Positions 10,434 through 20,760 of a DNA stretch of 64,000 nt are shown here, piece after piece. Made by a program: the position numbers and the translations under genes. The notes under the pieces are model-generated. The model did not search any database. It was not told where the DNA came from and saw only the letters and a program-made list of their open reading frames with translations. Within the stretch, counting starts at the first letter, position 1; every line of letters begins with the position of its first letter. The stretch comes from Candidatus Binatia bacterium (GTDB taxonomy: Bacteria; Desulfobacterota; Binatia; Bin18), in NCBI GenBank assembly GCA_963666315.2, contig CAXXHG010000022.1, positions 32,001-96,000 on the forward strand, in the 5' to 3' direction.

Positions 10434-11699
10434 TCAGTCGGCTATGAGGTCTTCCGCCACTTTGTGCGCGTGCCGAATCAGCAGCTCTTGATCCTGTACA
10501 GGATACTGGGTCAGGATGCCCGTCTCGATTCCCCGCTGCGTGTTCTCTAGGGTGCTGCCATCCTCCAGCCAAACATCCCGGGCTAAGCACTTGTTATATT
10601 CGCGGGTCACCAACTCTGCGGCGGTGGCTGGCTGCGGGAAGTAGCCGCGCGCGTTCCAGATTGAGCGATTCACCGTCACCGGCCACATGGTATGGGCGAC
10701 GTATAGAAAGGGACTCAGAATCACCATATGAAAGTTGGGAAAGATATAATAGATATCAAAGAACCACTGCTTGCTGCGCGTAGGATTCACCCCCAGCGGC
10801 CAGCGGTCCATATCTCTAAGACTGGGAAACGTTTTGAGGCTCGTCCCGAATTGGGCTACCAAGAGCTCCATGGGTGTCCGCTGTGTATTCCGGCGATCAC
10901 CGTAGAACGACATCATACTGTGACGCCGGAAGAGCTTTGTGTCGAGGACATGACAGGACGGCTGCTGCTTATTGACCATCACGCTGCCGGCGAAACGCTG
11001 GTGCAGCGATTTGCCGTGGTAGAATTCGAGTTGGGAATCGCGCAGAATCCTCCAGTTGCACGTCTGCTCGGCGGTATAGGACCAGCTCACCGGCAAGCGG
11101 TCAAAAGAATAACCGCGCAGCAGGTCTACCACTTCGCCTAAATACTGATGCAGCGTTTCAGGCGGATTTGGGTCCAGATTGATAAATATAAATCCTTCCC
11201 AGACATCAGTGGCGACCGGACTGAGGCCGTAGTCACGTTTGTCGAAGTCAAAGAACATGTCTTCTTCCGGCACCCCGACCAGCCGTCCGTCTGGCGCATA
11301 GGTCCAGCCATGGAATTTGCACGTCAATCCCGAACGACATGAGCCGTATCCGTCCCACGCCAGCCGATTGCCGCGATGTTTGCACACATTGTGAAATCCC
11401 CGCACCATGCCGTCCTTGCCACGGACGAGAAGTACCGAGGTTTTGGCGACCTCAACATTCTGCACCAGATAATCCCCCGCCTGCGAAATCTCCTCCACTC
11501 TTTTTCCGGTGCACAGCCAGGTGCGGTTAAAAATTTTCTCGCGCTCCTGCGTAAAATACTCTGGAGAGAGGTAGGGCGTGACGGGTAGGGGAGCGGTTCC
11601 CAGCTCCGGATAGTCCAGCGTCCATCTTTTGCCGTTCGTGCGAGTTTGCAGGGTATCTTGTACGCTGTCTTGCACAGTGTCTTGCACAGTGTCTTGCAT
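10434..11699 (-). CDS. Rieske aromatic ring-hydroxylating oxygenase alpha subunit
   Basis: HNVCKHRGN...CKFHGWTY Rieske motif; EFYHGKSLH and ED mononuclear-iron ligands. Confidence 0.93.
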   Translation of the reverse strand: MQDTVQDTVQDSVQDTLQTRTNGKRWTLDYPELGTAPLPVTPYLSPEYFTQEREKIFNRTWLCTGKRVEEISQAGDYLVQNVEVAKTSVLLVRGKDGMVRGFHNVCKHRGNRLAWDGYGSCRSGLTCKFHGWTYAPDGRLVGVPEEDMFFDFDKRDYGLSPVATDVWEGFIFINLDPNPPETLHQYLGEVVDLLRGYSFDRLPVSWSYTAEQTCNWRILRDSQLEFYHGKSLHQRFAGSVMVNKQQPSCHVLDTKLFRRHSMMSFYGDRRNTQRTPMELLVAQFGTSLKTFPSLRDMDRWPLGVNPTRSKQWFFDIYYIFPNFHMVILSPFLYVAHTMWPVTVNRSIWNARGYFPQPATAAELVTREYNKCLARDVWLEDGSTLENTQRGIETGILTQYPVQDQELLIRHAHKVAEDLIAD

Positions 11700-11951
11700 G
11701 CTGTCCCTGGCCTCGTTTTCTTCTCTCAGAAGTTGTTTAAAAACCTACTGCGCCATCTTGGTCTATCTTGGCAGGGGACGCAATGCGTTCCAGACTTCAT
11801 ACGTCCCTTCTTTGCTTGACAATCGCTCTTACTCGCAGTGCCGTTGGGTTGACAGACATCCTCCTGTGTGGAGATAAAGCCGTATGACGTAGGCTTCTTC
11901 ATCGACTCTGAACATCCTTGCCTCGTATGTGAACATAGAGAGGACGGTCGC

Positions 11952-13145
11952 ATGAACTTTCAGATCAGCGAAGAATATGCACACCTACAACACCGGTGTC
12001 GGCGGCTGGCAGCAGATTTCGCCACCCGAGCGGCCGCACATGACCGGGAAGCCAGCCATCCGCTGGAAAACTATGCGGCCCTGCGCCGTGAGGGATTCTA
12101 TGCGCTCAATGTTCCCAAAGAGATGGGCGGGGGGGGAGTCGGACTCCTCGGCTATTCACTAGCTGCCGAGGAACTAGCCCAGGGTTGTCCTGCCACCGCA
12201 CTCTCGTTCAATATGCATCTATCGATCGTTGGACCCTTGCTCGAGAGTCCAATAGTCCCTCCGGCGACCAAGCAGCGCATCGCCGATCTGGTCGTGAAGG
12301 AGCAAAAGCTGATTGCTGGGAATTTCTCCGAGCCGAGGACGTCCGGGCTGTTGGCCACGTATCAACCGAGCACGCGTGCCCAACGGGTTGCTGGAGGGTA
12401 CCAGATCACGGGTAGAAAAGCCTTTGCCTCCATGCTGGAAGCAGCCGACTTCTGTGCTGTGCTAGCGCATCCAGACGAAGCCGACAGCCCTGGCGCCGCT
12501 ATCCTACTGCTTGTTCCACGTGAGGCGTCAGGACGACGCGTCGACCAGGTGTGGGATACGCTCGGGATGCGGGCGACCCGCAGTGACTCCCTCATACTCG
12601 ACAACTGTTTCGTGCCGCAGGAAGCTACACTCTATCAGGCGGACGACATCCTACCGTTCATCCGCGATGGGGCGAACTGGCTGTGGGCATCGTATACGGC
12701 CGTGTACCTGGGGGTGGCCGCCGCCGCCTACACAGCCGTATGCAAGATGGTGCAGGAAAGGGTACCTCGGGGCTACACCCAGTCTATGGCCCACCACCCT
12801 GATGTTCGCCATCGTGTAGCTGAAATGAGCGTGGACCTGGAGGCCGCCAGACTCGTGACGTATCACTCGGCCTGGCTCAGCGACACCCAAGGGCCGACCC
12901 GGGAGACCCTGGCGGCCCTGTTCCGAGCCAAGTATCTGGTCGGCGAGGCTGGCGCTCGAATCACGCGGACTGCCCTCACGCTGGGAGGAGCACATGCGAT
13001 CTTCAAAACCGTACCGCTTGAGATGCTGTTTCGGGACGGCGCCGTCGGTCCTATTCAGTTTCCGCCCAGTGACTATTGTCTCTCCAGCGTGGGGACCTTG
13101 GAGCTGGGGTTAGATCCACGCGAGATACTGCCGCCGCTAAAATAA
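11952..13145 (+). CDS. Acyl-CoA dehydrogenase family flavoprotein
   Basis: FSEP, ITGRKAFAS, WDTLGMRATRS. Confidence 0.9.
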   Translation: MNFQISEEYAHLQHRCRRLAADFATRAAAHDREASHPLENYAALRREGFYALNVPKEMGGGGVGLLGYSLAAEELAQGCPATALSFNMHLSIVGPLLESPIVPPATKQRIADLVVKEQKLIAGNFSEPRTSGLLATYQPSTRAQRVAGGYQITGRKAFASMLEAADFCAVLAHPDEADSPGAAILLLVPREASGRRVDQVWDTLGMRATRSDSLILDNCFVPQEATLYQADDILPFIRDGANWLWASYTAVYLGVAAAAYTAVCKMVQERVPRGYTQSMAHHPDVRHRVAEMSVDLEAARLVTYHSAWLSDTQGPTRETLAALFRAKYLVGEAGARITRTALTLGGAHAIFKTVPLEMLFRDGAVGPIQFPPSDYCLSSVGTLELGLDPREILPPLK

Positions 13146-13158
13146 GGAGGAATAGGTT

Positions 13159-14232
13159 ATGGCAACGGACAACGGTAAATCTTATGTCTTCGCCGGCCGG
13201 GCGGGTGATACCAGCCCAGGCATCGAATGGGTGGAAAAGCATATGGGTATGAAGCTGGTTGTCAAGAGCGGCTTGTACCGGAGTGTCTTCGGGCAAGGGA
13301 ACTGGGAGCCGCTAACGAAGGGGCTGCCTGATGCGCCTGAGATCCGGGCTATAACGATACACCCCCACAAGCCCGGGGTGGTCTACGTCGCTACCCAAGA
13401 CGGACCGTATCGCAGTGATGACCACGGCGACCATTGGGAGAAGGTGCCTGTCCCTGACCACGGTCTGCCTATGTGGTCGCTGTTATTCCATCCGGCCGAT
13501 CCACAGATCATATTCGCTGGCTACGAGTCCGCAGAGATATACCGGAGCGACGACGCCGGAGAGACCTGGCGCCAGCTCCCGGTGAGTGTCCGGTTCCCCG
13601 ACGTCACGATGCCTCCTCAGGGAATACCGTCCAAGCAAGTGCTGATGATGTCTGGCAGCATTGCCGACCGGGACGAGCTGTATGCATCCCTGGAGGTAGG
13701 GGGGCTGATCCGGTCTTTGGATGGTGGGGAACACTGGGAGAACCTCAGCCACGGCCAATACCTCACCGACGACACGGTGGACATGCACGGCGTTCTGGCC
13801 AGCCGCCTGACCCCAGGAACTGTCACTACCATTTGCCGCGTCGGCATGTTTCGCAGCACCGATCGAGGCGACCACTGGCAGCGCGTGCCCATCGAGCCCC
13901 TGAACGATCACGGCACAACCTATTGCCGTTGCCTGCGTGAAGTCCCGGGCGATCCCACCAACCTGTGGGTGTCTGGCGGGGGAGATTTTGAGAGTAACGT
14001 CGGCGGCCTGTTCCACAGCGAGGATGGCGGTCTGAGCTGGGACCGCGTGGATATTGGCCATGAGGTCAACAGCACTCTCTTCGCCCTGTCCATTGACCAG
14101 CGCCATTCTGACCGTATGGCATGCGCCAGCAAAAAGGGACAGGTTTTCACCAGTGCTAACGCCGGTGCAAGCTGGAATGCTCAGCCGCTACCGGCTGATG
14201 CCGACCAGGTCTACTGTGTAGCCACTGGCTAG
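13159..14232 (+). CDS. BNR/Asp-box beta-propeller protein
   Basis: Repeated RSDDxGxxW motifs. Confidence 0.85.
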   Translation: MATDNGKSYVFAGRAGDTSPGIEWVEKHMGMKLVVKSGLYRSVFGQGNWEPLTKGLPDAPEIRAITIHPHKPGVVYVATQDGPYRSDDHGDHWEKVPVPDHGLPMWSLLFHPADPQIIFAGYESAEIYRSDDAGETWRQLPVSVRFPDVTMPPQGIPSKQVLMMSGSIADRDELYASLEVGGLIRSLDGGEHWENLSHGQYLTDDTVDMHGVLASRLTPGTVTTICRVGMFRSTDRGDHWQRVPIEPLNDHGTTYCRCLREVPGDPTNLWVSGGGDFESNVGGLFHSEDGGLSWDRVDIGHEVNSTLFALSIDQRHSDRMACASKKGQVFTSANAGASWNAQPLPADADQVYCVATG

Positions 14233-14247
14233 GAGAAGGAGGATACG

Positions 14248-14754
14248 ATGACGCTTCCCGAGTCGGCAATCGTACTCCAGCGTGGAGAGGGCAGCTACGT
14301 CAGTATCGGGACTGGCACCCATTGCACCTTCAAAGTCAGCGGCAAAGACACTGAGGGCCATTTTGGGCTGTTCGAATATACGATGGAGCCCGGGACTGAG
14401 GGGCCGCGGCACCATATTCACCGCCAGATGGCGGAGATCTTCTACGTCGTCGAGGGCGAGATCGAGCTCATCATCGGAGACCAGACGGTCACAGCTCGGG
14501 CCGGGGCAACCGCACTCGTCCCCAAGGAAGCCGTGCAGGCCTTTTCCAACCCAGGCTCGCTGCGCTCGGTGTTGCTCATTATGTTCTGTCCAGCCGACTC
14601 GCGCGAGAAATACTTCGAGGGTCTGGCTGAGCTGACCGAGGGCGGGCAGCGCCCAGATCCCCAGGCTCTGCTCGAGTTGATGCGCAAATATGATACCGAG
14701 CCCGTGGCCGAGCCGGTCTATGGCGGACCGGACACGCCATCCTCAGACCTGTAG
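14248..14754 (+). CDS. Cupin domain protein
   Basis: HHIHRQMAEIFYVVEG. Confidence 0.85.
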   Translation: MTLPESAIVLQRGEGSYVSIGTGTHCTFKVSGKDTEGHFGLFEYTMEPGTEGPRHHIHRQMAEIFYVVEGEIELIIGDQTVTARAGATALVPKEAVQAFSNPGSLRSVLLIMFCPADSREKYFEGLAELTEGGQRPDPQALLELMRKYDTEPVAEPVYGGPDTPSSDL

Positions 14755-14774
14755 GAGAATGGGGAACATCGCTC

Positions 14775-15788
14775 TTAGCGGAATGCGGGCATGATCTCTT
14801 GCGCGAACAGTTCGATTGAGCGGGTGCCCTTGACTGGATCGACCCCCGGGACCTGCATGCCCATGACTAAGTGGGTACAGGACGAGGTCTTAACAAACGC
14901 CTCGACTTTGCGCGCCACTTGGTCTGGGCTGCCCACCATCCATGCCTGCCCATAGGGCGAGTGGCGAATGTCTCGGGCCTCTTTGATGTCCCACAGCCGC
15001 TCGTCGCCTGCGACATCGCCGCTGGTCTTAAACCAGCCATCGTACACTTGCATCATCCAGTGGGCTTGGTCCTGGATGTCCTCCCACGCCTCGTCCTCGG
15101 TGGGCGCTACATACACGAAGTGCAGCTGGGTGGTCGAAAAATCAGCCGGCGTGCGTCCCTGCTGTTTCAGCAGCTCATAGTAGCGGGGAGCCCAGTCCGG
15201 GCCCAGCGTAAGGTGCAGGTGATAGCCCTCGCGGACAGCTCGCTGCATGGCCTTTTCGGTACGCGCGCCAATCCAGATGGGGGGATGGGGCTTTTGCACA
15301 GGTTCGGGCTGGATATGGACATCTTTGATCTGAGTAAATTTCCCTTCGAACGTGACTGTGTCGTCAGTCCACAGGCGTCGGATCAGGTTGAGCCCCTCAG
15401 CCAGGCGGGCCGAGCGCTCTTTGCGGGGCATACAAAAGCCGGAGAATTCATCGACGCGATAGCCCTGTCCGACCCCGAGATCAAACCGCCCCTTGGAGAG
15501 GTTATCAATGAAAGCCACGTCTTCGGCCACACGCACCGGATGATAGAATGGGAGCAGCAACACAAACGTGCCAATGCGGATGCGTTCGGTCCGCGCCGCA
15601 ATGGCGGTCGCGGCGTGTAACGGCGTGGGGTTATAGTCCCCGCTGAAGTGGTGTTCGGTCAGCCAGATATTGTCATAGCCGAGCTCGTCGGCCCGCACAC
15701 ACTGGTCAAGCAAGAGCCGGTAGAGATCGGCATAGGGCCGGAACCAGGGAGCGGGATTACGAAAGTCATGCATCAGTCCGAATTTCAT
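14775..15788 (-). CDS. LLM-class flavin-dependent oxidoreductase
   Basis: IWLTEHHF, PVRVAED, GRFDLGVGQGY. Confidence 0.92.
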   Translation of the reverse strand: MKFGLMHDFRNPAPWFRPYADLYRLLLDQCVRADELGYDNIWLTEHHFSGDYNPTPLHAATAIAARTERIRIGTFVLLLPFYHPVRVAEDVAFIDNLSKGRFDLGVGQGYRVDEFSGFCMPRKERSARLAEGLNLIRRLWTDDTVTFEGKFTQIKDVHIQPEPVQKPHPPIWIGARTEKAMQRAVREGYHLHLTLGPDWAPRYYELLKQQGRTPADFSTTQLHFVYVAPTEDEAWEDIQDQAHWMMQVYDGWFKTSGDVAGDERLWDIKEARDIRHSPYGQAWMVGSPDQVARKVEAFVKTSSCTHLVMGMQVPGVDPVKGTRSIELFAQEIMPAFR

Positions 15789-15987
15789 TGCTGCCTCCTT
15801 GTGGCTCCCCCTGTAGCGCTGAATTTGTAGGGCTGAACTGTAGCGGTTGTGTACCACACAGAAAAGGCTGCGGGGCAGAGCCGACATACGGCGCTTGCCC
15901 CATCATCAAGAGCCGCACAGAGCTTGAGAACACGATCCGGGTCGCTTATGGTCTCTTGGACCGGCAGGCAGCAAGCGGTGGGAAGCC

Positions 15988-16782
15988 ATGATGAATGATA
16001 TCGAGACACCGGTCGGAGAGCGTTTGTCAGTCGGGGACATTGAGCTCGAAGTGATACGCCAGGGTACGGGTCGGCCAGTCCTGCTCCTGCACGGCATGCA
16101 CAACGTCAATCCGCGGGCGCGTTTTCTCGAACTGCTCGGCAGGCGGGCGGAGATCATAGTCCCCTCACACCCTGGCTTTGGCCACTCAGAGCGCCCGGCG
16201 GATTTCGACACCGTATACGACTTGGTACACCTGTATTTAGACGTCCTCGAAGCGCTGTCCTATGAGCGGATCACACTTATGGGATTGTCCTTTGGCGGCT
16301 GGCTCGCCGCGGAAATCGCAGTCAAGTGTAGCCATCGCGTCGACCGGCTCGTCCTCGTAGACGCCTTTGGCATCAAGATCAGCGATCGCGAGACACCAGA
16401 TATCTTAGACGTCTTCAATACATCACCCCAGGCAGTGCAGCGACACAGCTGGCACGATCCTGAGAAGTGGGCGCCGGATTTCAACGCTCTATCGGACGAC
16501 GAAATTGTAGTCCGCGCCCGGAACTGGGACGCGCTGTGCCTGTACGGCTGGCACCCCTATATGCACAACCCCCAGCTGAAACGTTGGCTGCGTCGGATCA
16601 AGCAGCCGACGCTGGTGCTGTGGGGGGCGAGCGACGGGATCGTGACGCCGTCGTACGGACGGGCCTACAGCGCGTTGATTCCTGGCTCGCGCTTCGAGCT
16701 CATTGTTAAGGCGGGACAGCATCCCGAGATCGAGCAGCCCGAGGCCCTTGTCGATTGCGTCGCTGCCTTCTTGGAACAATAG
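15988..16782 (+). CDS. Alpha/beta hydrolase
   Basis: LLLHG, HPGFGHS, GLSFGG nucleophile elbow. Confidence 0.9.
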   Translation: MMNDIETPVGERLSVGDIELEVIRQGTGRPVLLLHGMHNVNPRARFLELLGRRAEIIVPSHPGFGHSERPADFDTVYDLVHLYLDVLEALSYERITLMGLSFGGWLAAEIAVKCSHRVDRLVLVDAFGIKISDRETPDILDVFNTSPQAVQRHSWHDPEKWAPDFNALSDDEIVVRARNWDALCLYGWHPYMHNPQLKRWLRRIKQPTLVLWGASDGIVTPSYGRAYSALIPGSRFELIVKAGQHPEIEQPEALVDCVAAFLEQ

Positions 16783-16814
16783 GGCTGAGCCAGAAAGAGG
16801 CTAAAGAATACGCT

Positions 16815-18062
16815 ATGGAAGTCTGGTATCACAACGAGAACCCGTATCCCTTCGTCCCACCAGACGTACTCGACCGCGCGGATTCCGTCCGTGCCAGCCT
16901 GCCGAATAAGTATTGCGATCCACAGATCGCTGCTGACCTGTTCGAGGAAACCTTTGACGAGTTCATGCTGTGCGACGAGCAGGGAATCAATGTCGTCGCC
17001 ATCGAGCATCATGCCGGAATCAATTCCCTGTTCGGGGCCAACCCGCTGGTCCTGGGTATCCTGGCCCGCCAGATACGCAAGGTCCGCATTCTCAGTATGG
17101 GGACGTTGATCTCACTGCGGCCAGACCCGGTCCGGGTCGCGGAGGAGTATGCCACGGCAGATGTTATTTCCCGCGGGCGTCTGGATATCGGCTTCGTGAA
17201 GTCGGGCGCCAGTGAGATGGCGTCTAACAATGCCAACCCGGTCACGAATATTGAGCGCTACTGGGAGGCGATCGATCTCGTCACTAAGGCGTTGACCTTT
17301 CAGGAGGGACCGTTCAGTTGGGAGGGGAAGCACTATACGCACCGGCATGTGAACATCTGGCCACGCCCCTGGCAGCAGCCGCATCCGCCGCTGTGGGCGG
17401 CGATGGGCGACCCGGAAACCGCGAGCGAGGTTGGCCGGCGGGGGATGGTCAATGTGCTGGTCCTGCGCGGCGAGGAGGGGACCAAGCGTGCCTGGGCCGC
17501 GTATCGACAGGCGCGAGCGAAGGCTGGACTACCCAAGGTCATGACCGACCACTTTGCGTATGCAGCGTTAGTCTATGTCGGTGACACCCACGACGAAGGT
17601 GTCAAAATTGGGAGCAAGCTGCTGTGGTTCCTCAACACGAGTCTGAAGATGGCGCCCCAGTACGCGCAATTTCTGCCTGGCGCAACACCGTCGCACTTTG
17701 CGCCGCAGGTCTACCGCACCGCACCCAAGCCGGATGCTCAGGACGAGGGGTCGGCTAGCAGCAGCCGTGCGCAGTCGGCGAAAGCAGACAAGCCCGTCGC
17801 TCCGGCTATCCTGAACGTCGGGGGGCTTACCAACATCGACACGGCGCAAGCCATGGCGCGGGGGATTCTGTTCGCCGGTAGCCCTGACACCGTCTACCGG
17901 CAGATCGTGGATTTCTACAGCAAGGTCGGCGGCTTTGGTCACTTGGTGATGATCGGGCGGTCAGGATACATGACGCATGCCGAGGCCGAGAAAGGCATCA
18001 TCCTCTTTGCCAAGGAGGTACTGCCCCGGCTGAAGGAGATTGCGCCTGTCACCGCGGGCTGA
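16815..18062 (+). CDS. LLM-class flavin-dependent oxidoreductase
   Basis: IEHH, PVRVAEEYA, PRPWQQPHPP, LFAKEVLPRL. Confidence 0.9.
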   Translation: MEVWYHNENPYPFVPPDVLDRADSVRASLPNKYCDPQIAADLFEETFDEFMLCDEQGINVVAIEHHAGINSLFGANPLVLGILARQIRKVRILSMGTLISLRPDPVRVAEEYATADVISRGRLDIGFVKSGASEMASNNANPVTNIERYWEAIDLVTKALTFQEGPFSWEGKHYTHRHVNIWPRPWQQPHPPLWAAMGDPETASEVGRRGMVNVLVLRGEEGTKRAWAAYRQARAKAGLPKVMTDHFAYAALVYVGDTHDEGVKIGSKLLWFLNTSLKMAPQYAQFLPGATPSHFAPQVYRTAPKPDAQDEGSASSSRAQSAKADKPVAPAILNVGGLTNIDTAQAMARGILFAGSPDTVYRQIVDFYSKVGGFGHLVMIGRSGYMTHAEAEKGIILFAKEVLPRLKEIAPVTAG

Positions 18063-18123
18063 CGAGGCGGGTCTGCCCCACAGGTTTTGCTGCTCCCCAA
18101 TCCTCACGCTAGCGCTCGCTGCG

Positions 18124-19119
18124 TTAGTATCCCAGCTGTTTGTTCACGACCCCGACGAGGGGCTCGCCCAGGTGGATGCGGCGCAAGTTTTCACAGAAGC
18201 GTTCGAGATTGCGAGTAGCGCGGAGTTGGCTGGCACCGGCGGTGTGCGGAGTCATGACGACGTTCTCAAATGTCCATAGGGGATGGTCAGCTGGCAATGG
18301 CTCGATCGGAGCGACATCGAGCGCAGCACCGCCACACCGACCGTCTTGCAGGGCTCGTACCAACGCCTCCCCGTCAATGATCTCACCTCGGGTGATGTTG
18401 ACGAGGAGCGCTCCCGGTTTTAGGTGCGCGAACGTTGCATCGTTGAATAGCTGCCGCGTCTCGGCTGTGAGCGGACAACAGATCGCGACCACGTCAGAGG
18501 AAGCGAGCAATTCGGCCAACCGATCGTGTCCCCACACCGTGTCCACTCCATCCGACGCTGGCACGGGCCGCTCGTCGAGGGCTAACACGTGCATCCCAAA
18601 CGCCACAGCCCGGCGGGCCATCGCCCGACCTGTCCCCCCGAAGCCGACGATGCCCATCGTCAGCCCCTCAAGCTCGATCTCTTTACGCCGCATAGCCTCG
18701 CGTTCCTGCCAACTGGCAGAGCCGAGGCGGATGGAGGTCGCGATCTGGCGGGTGAGCGCCAAGAGGAGGCCGAACCCGGTGTCTGCCAGGTGTCCGCCCA
18801 CCAGGCCTTTTTCGCCAGTCAGCACAACATGGGAATCACGCATCGCCGGGTAGAGAAACATATCCACACCTGAGGCGATGGCGTGTACCCAGCGTAGGCG
18901 GGGGGCGGCGTGGAACAACGACTCGGGCAGGAAGCCGAGGATGACCTCGACATCATCGGCCATGGCGATAGCATCGCGCACATGAGGGGCGACCTTGATA
19001 GTCGAGCCGGGCGCTACCGCGGCCCGAATCTTCTCGAGGTCGCTACCGGACACTTCGGGCAAGGTAAGCCCGAGTAGAACGAGGATCGTTGCCGGTCCGT
19101 CCAGCTTTACATCGGTCAT
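18124..19119 (-). CDS. D-2-hydroxyacid dehydrogenase
   Basis: GIVGFGGTG, NITRG, ALDV, MTPHTAG. Confidence 0.92.
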   Translation of the reverse strand: MTDVKLDGPATILVLLGLTLPEVSGSDLEKIRAAVAPGSTIKVAPHVRDAIAMADDVEVILGFLPESLFHAAPRLRWVHAIASGVDMFLYPAMRDSHVVLTGEKGLVGGHLADTGFGLLLALTRQIATSIRLGSASWQEREAMRRKEIELEGLTMGIVGFGGTGRAMARRAVAFGMHVLALDERPVPASDGVDTVWGHDRLAELLASSDVVAICCPLTAETRQLFNDATFAHLKPGALLVNITRGEIIDGEALVRALQDGRCGGAALDVAPIEPLPADHPLWTFENVVMTPHTAGASQLRATRNLERFCENLRRIHLGEPLVGVVNKQLGY

Positions 19120-19458
19120 ACGCCTCGTACTCCCTTCTCGCTGTCAGCAGTCGTATGATGTGGTGAGGGCGATGTCAACGTGTTTGTCCTGATATCTTCA
19201 TCACTTGCCCCCTTCGGCGTTGCTCAGGACAGGTTTCGACAAGCTGCTCATGAACAAACTGATGAATCGGCATGCAGAACAGTAGGTCAGGTTAGTGGAG
19301 CGTAACCTGACATCTTGCGCTCGGTGGACAGGGCGCACCCTACGGGAAGCTAAACGCGTAGCACTCAAATGGAAACCGTATTCCACCTCGAATTTTATTG
19401 CATACGGACGCCATCAGGGGTATGTTCGCGGACGGACAGATCTGGAGGTAAAACCTCG

Positions 19459-20760
19459 ATGGAAAAAACGGCACAATCTGAGTCGGCTAAACTTGCTAAA
19501 CCAGCTAAATCTGCCAGCCGTCGTCCCCTTGAGGGGGTACGGGTCATAGATCTGACGAAGATTGTGGCAGGCCCGAACGCGACACGGATGCTGGCGACGA
19601 TGGGCGCAGAAGTAATCCGGGTCGAATGGCACGATCAGCGCGCGCTCGACCTGCTGCGTGGAGTACAACCGAAAGCGCCTGGTGAAAAAGCCGACAGTCT
19701 CAATCGGAGCGGTCTGTTCAACAATATTAACCCCGGCAAGTATGGCATCACGCTCAATATGAGCCTTCCGCAAGGACGCGAGTTGTTCAAACGCTTGATC
19801 GCCAAAGCATCTGTCCTATGCGAAAACTACAGTCCTGGACAGATGGACCGTTGGGAACTCGGCTACGACACTCTGCGCAAGATCAATCCCGGGCTCATTT
19901 ATCTCCAGATCAGTGGGATGGGAAAGTCGGGGACGTATAACGAATACCTCAGCGTCGGACCGACGGCGCAGGCGCTTTCGGGTTTGACCCATATGTCAGG
20001 CTTGCCTGAGCCCATGCCGCCGGCCGGGTGGGGCTACTCGTATCTCAACCATTCAACCGGCTACTACGGTGCCATGCACGTAATGATGGCGCTCTTAAGC
20101 CGGCGGCGGACTGGCCGCGGCTGTTACATCGATCTGTCGCAGACGGAAGTTGGACTCATGGTGTCCGGGACTGCCACGCTTGAAGCGCAGCTGACTGGCA
20201 AGCCGACTGAGCGCTATGGCAACCGGATGCATTCAGCGGATTGGGCACCGCATGGCGCGTACCCCTGTCGCGGTAGTGACGAATGGATCACTATAGCCGT
20301 GCAGACTGATGAGCAGTGGCAGGCGTTTGTGGCTGAGATCGGTTCGCCGGACTGGGCACGGGACGCACGCTTTCGGACCGCAGCTGGACGCAAAGCCAAT
20401 GAAGACAACCTCGACCGATTGATAACAGAGTTCACGAAAAGTGAAGACCGCTACGATCTGATGCACCGCCTCCAAAAGCGAAGTGTCCCAGCTGGCGTCG
20501 TGCAGAAGTCGGTTGATCGTTACTTGCGTGATCCGCAACTCAAGGAGCGCGGCGCTTTCGTGCCATTACCCCACAGCGAAATCGGGACCTGGCCGATCGA
20601 AGATTTTCCCGCCAAGTTCCAAAACATGCCGGTCGAAGTCGGTGGGCTGCCAGGTCGCGCTGCGCCTTGTATGGGAGAGGACAACGATGCCGTGTATCGC
20701 GATGTCCTTGGGCTGACACCCGAGGAAATTGCGCAACTCAGAGAGGACTGGATCATTTGA
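19459..20760 (+). CDS. CoA-transferase family III subunit
   Basis: PLEGVRVIDLT, AGP, GAEVIRVE, ENYSPG. Confidence 0.9.
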   Translation: MEKTAQSESAKLAKPAKSASRRPLEGVRVIDLTKIVAGPNATRMLATMGAEVIRVEWHDQRALDLLRGVQPKAPGEKADSLNRSGLFNNINPGKYGITLNMSLPQGRELFKRLIAKASVLCENYSPGQMDRWELGYDTLRKINPGLIYLQISGMGKSGTYNEYLSVGPTAQALSGLTHMSGLPEPMPPAGWGYSYLNHSTGYYGAMHVMMALLSRRRTGRGCYIDLSQTEVGLMVSGTATLEAQLTGKPTERYGNRMHSADWAPHGAYPCRGSDEWITIAVQTDEQWQAFVAEIGSPDWARDARFRTAAGRKANEDNLDRLITEFTKSEDRYDLMHRLQKRSVPAGVVQKSVDRYLRDPQLKERGAFVPLPHSEIGTWPIEDFPAKFQNMPVEVGGLPGRAAPCMGEDNDAVYRDVLGLTPEEIAQLREDWII

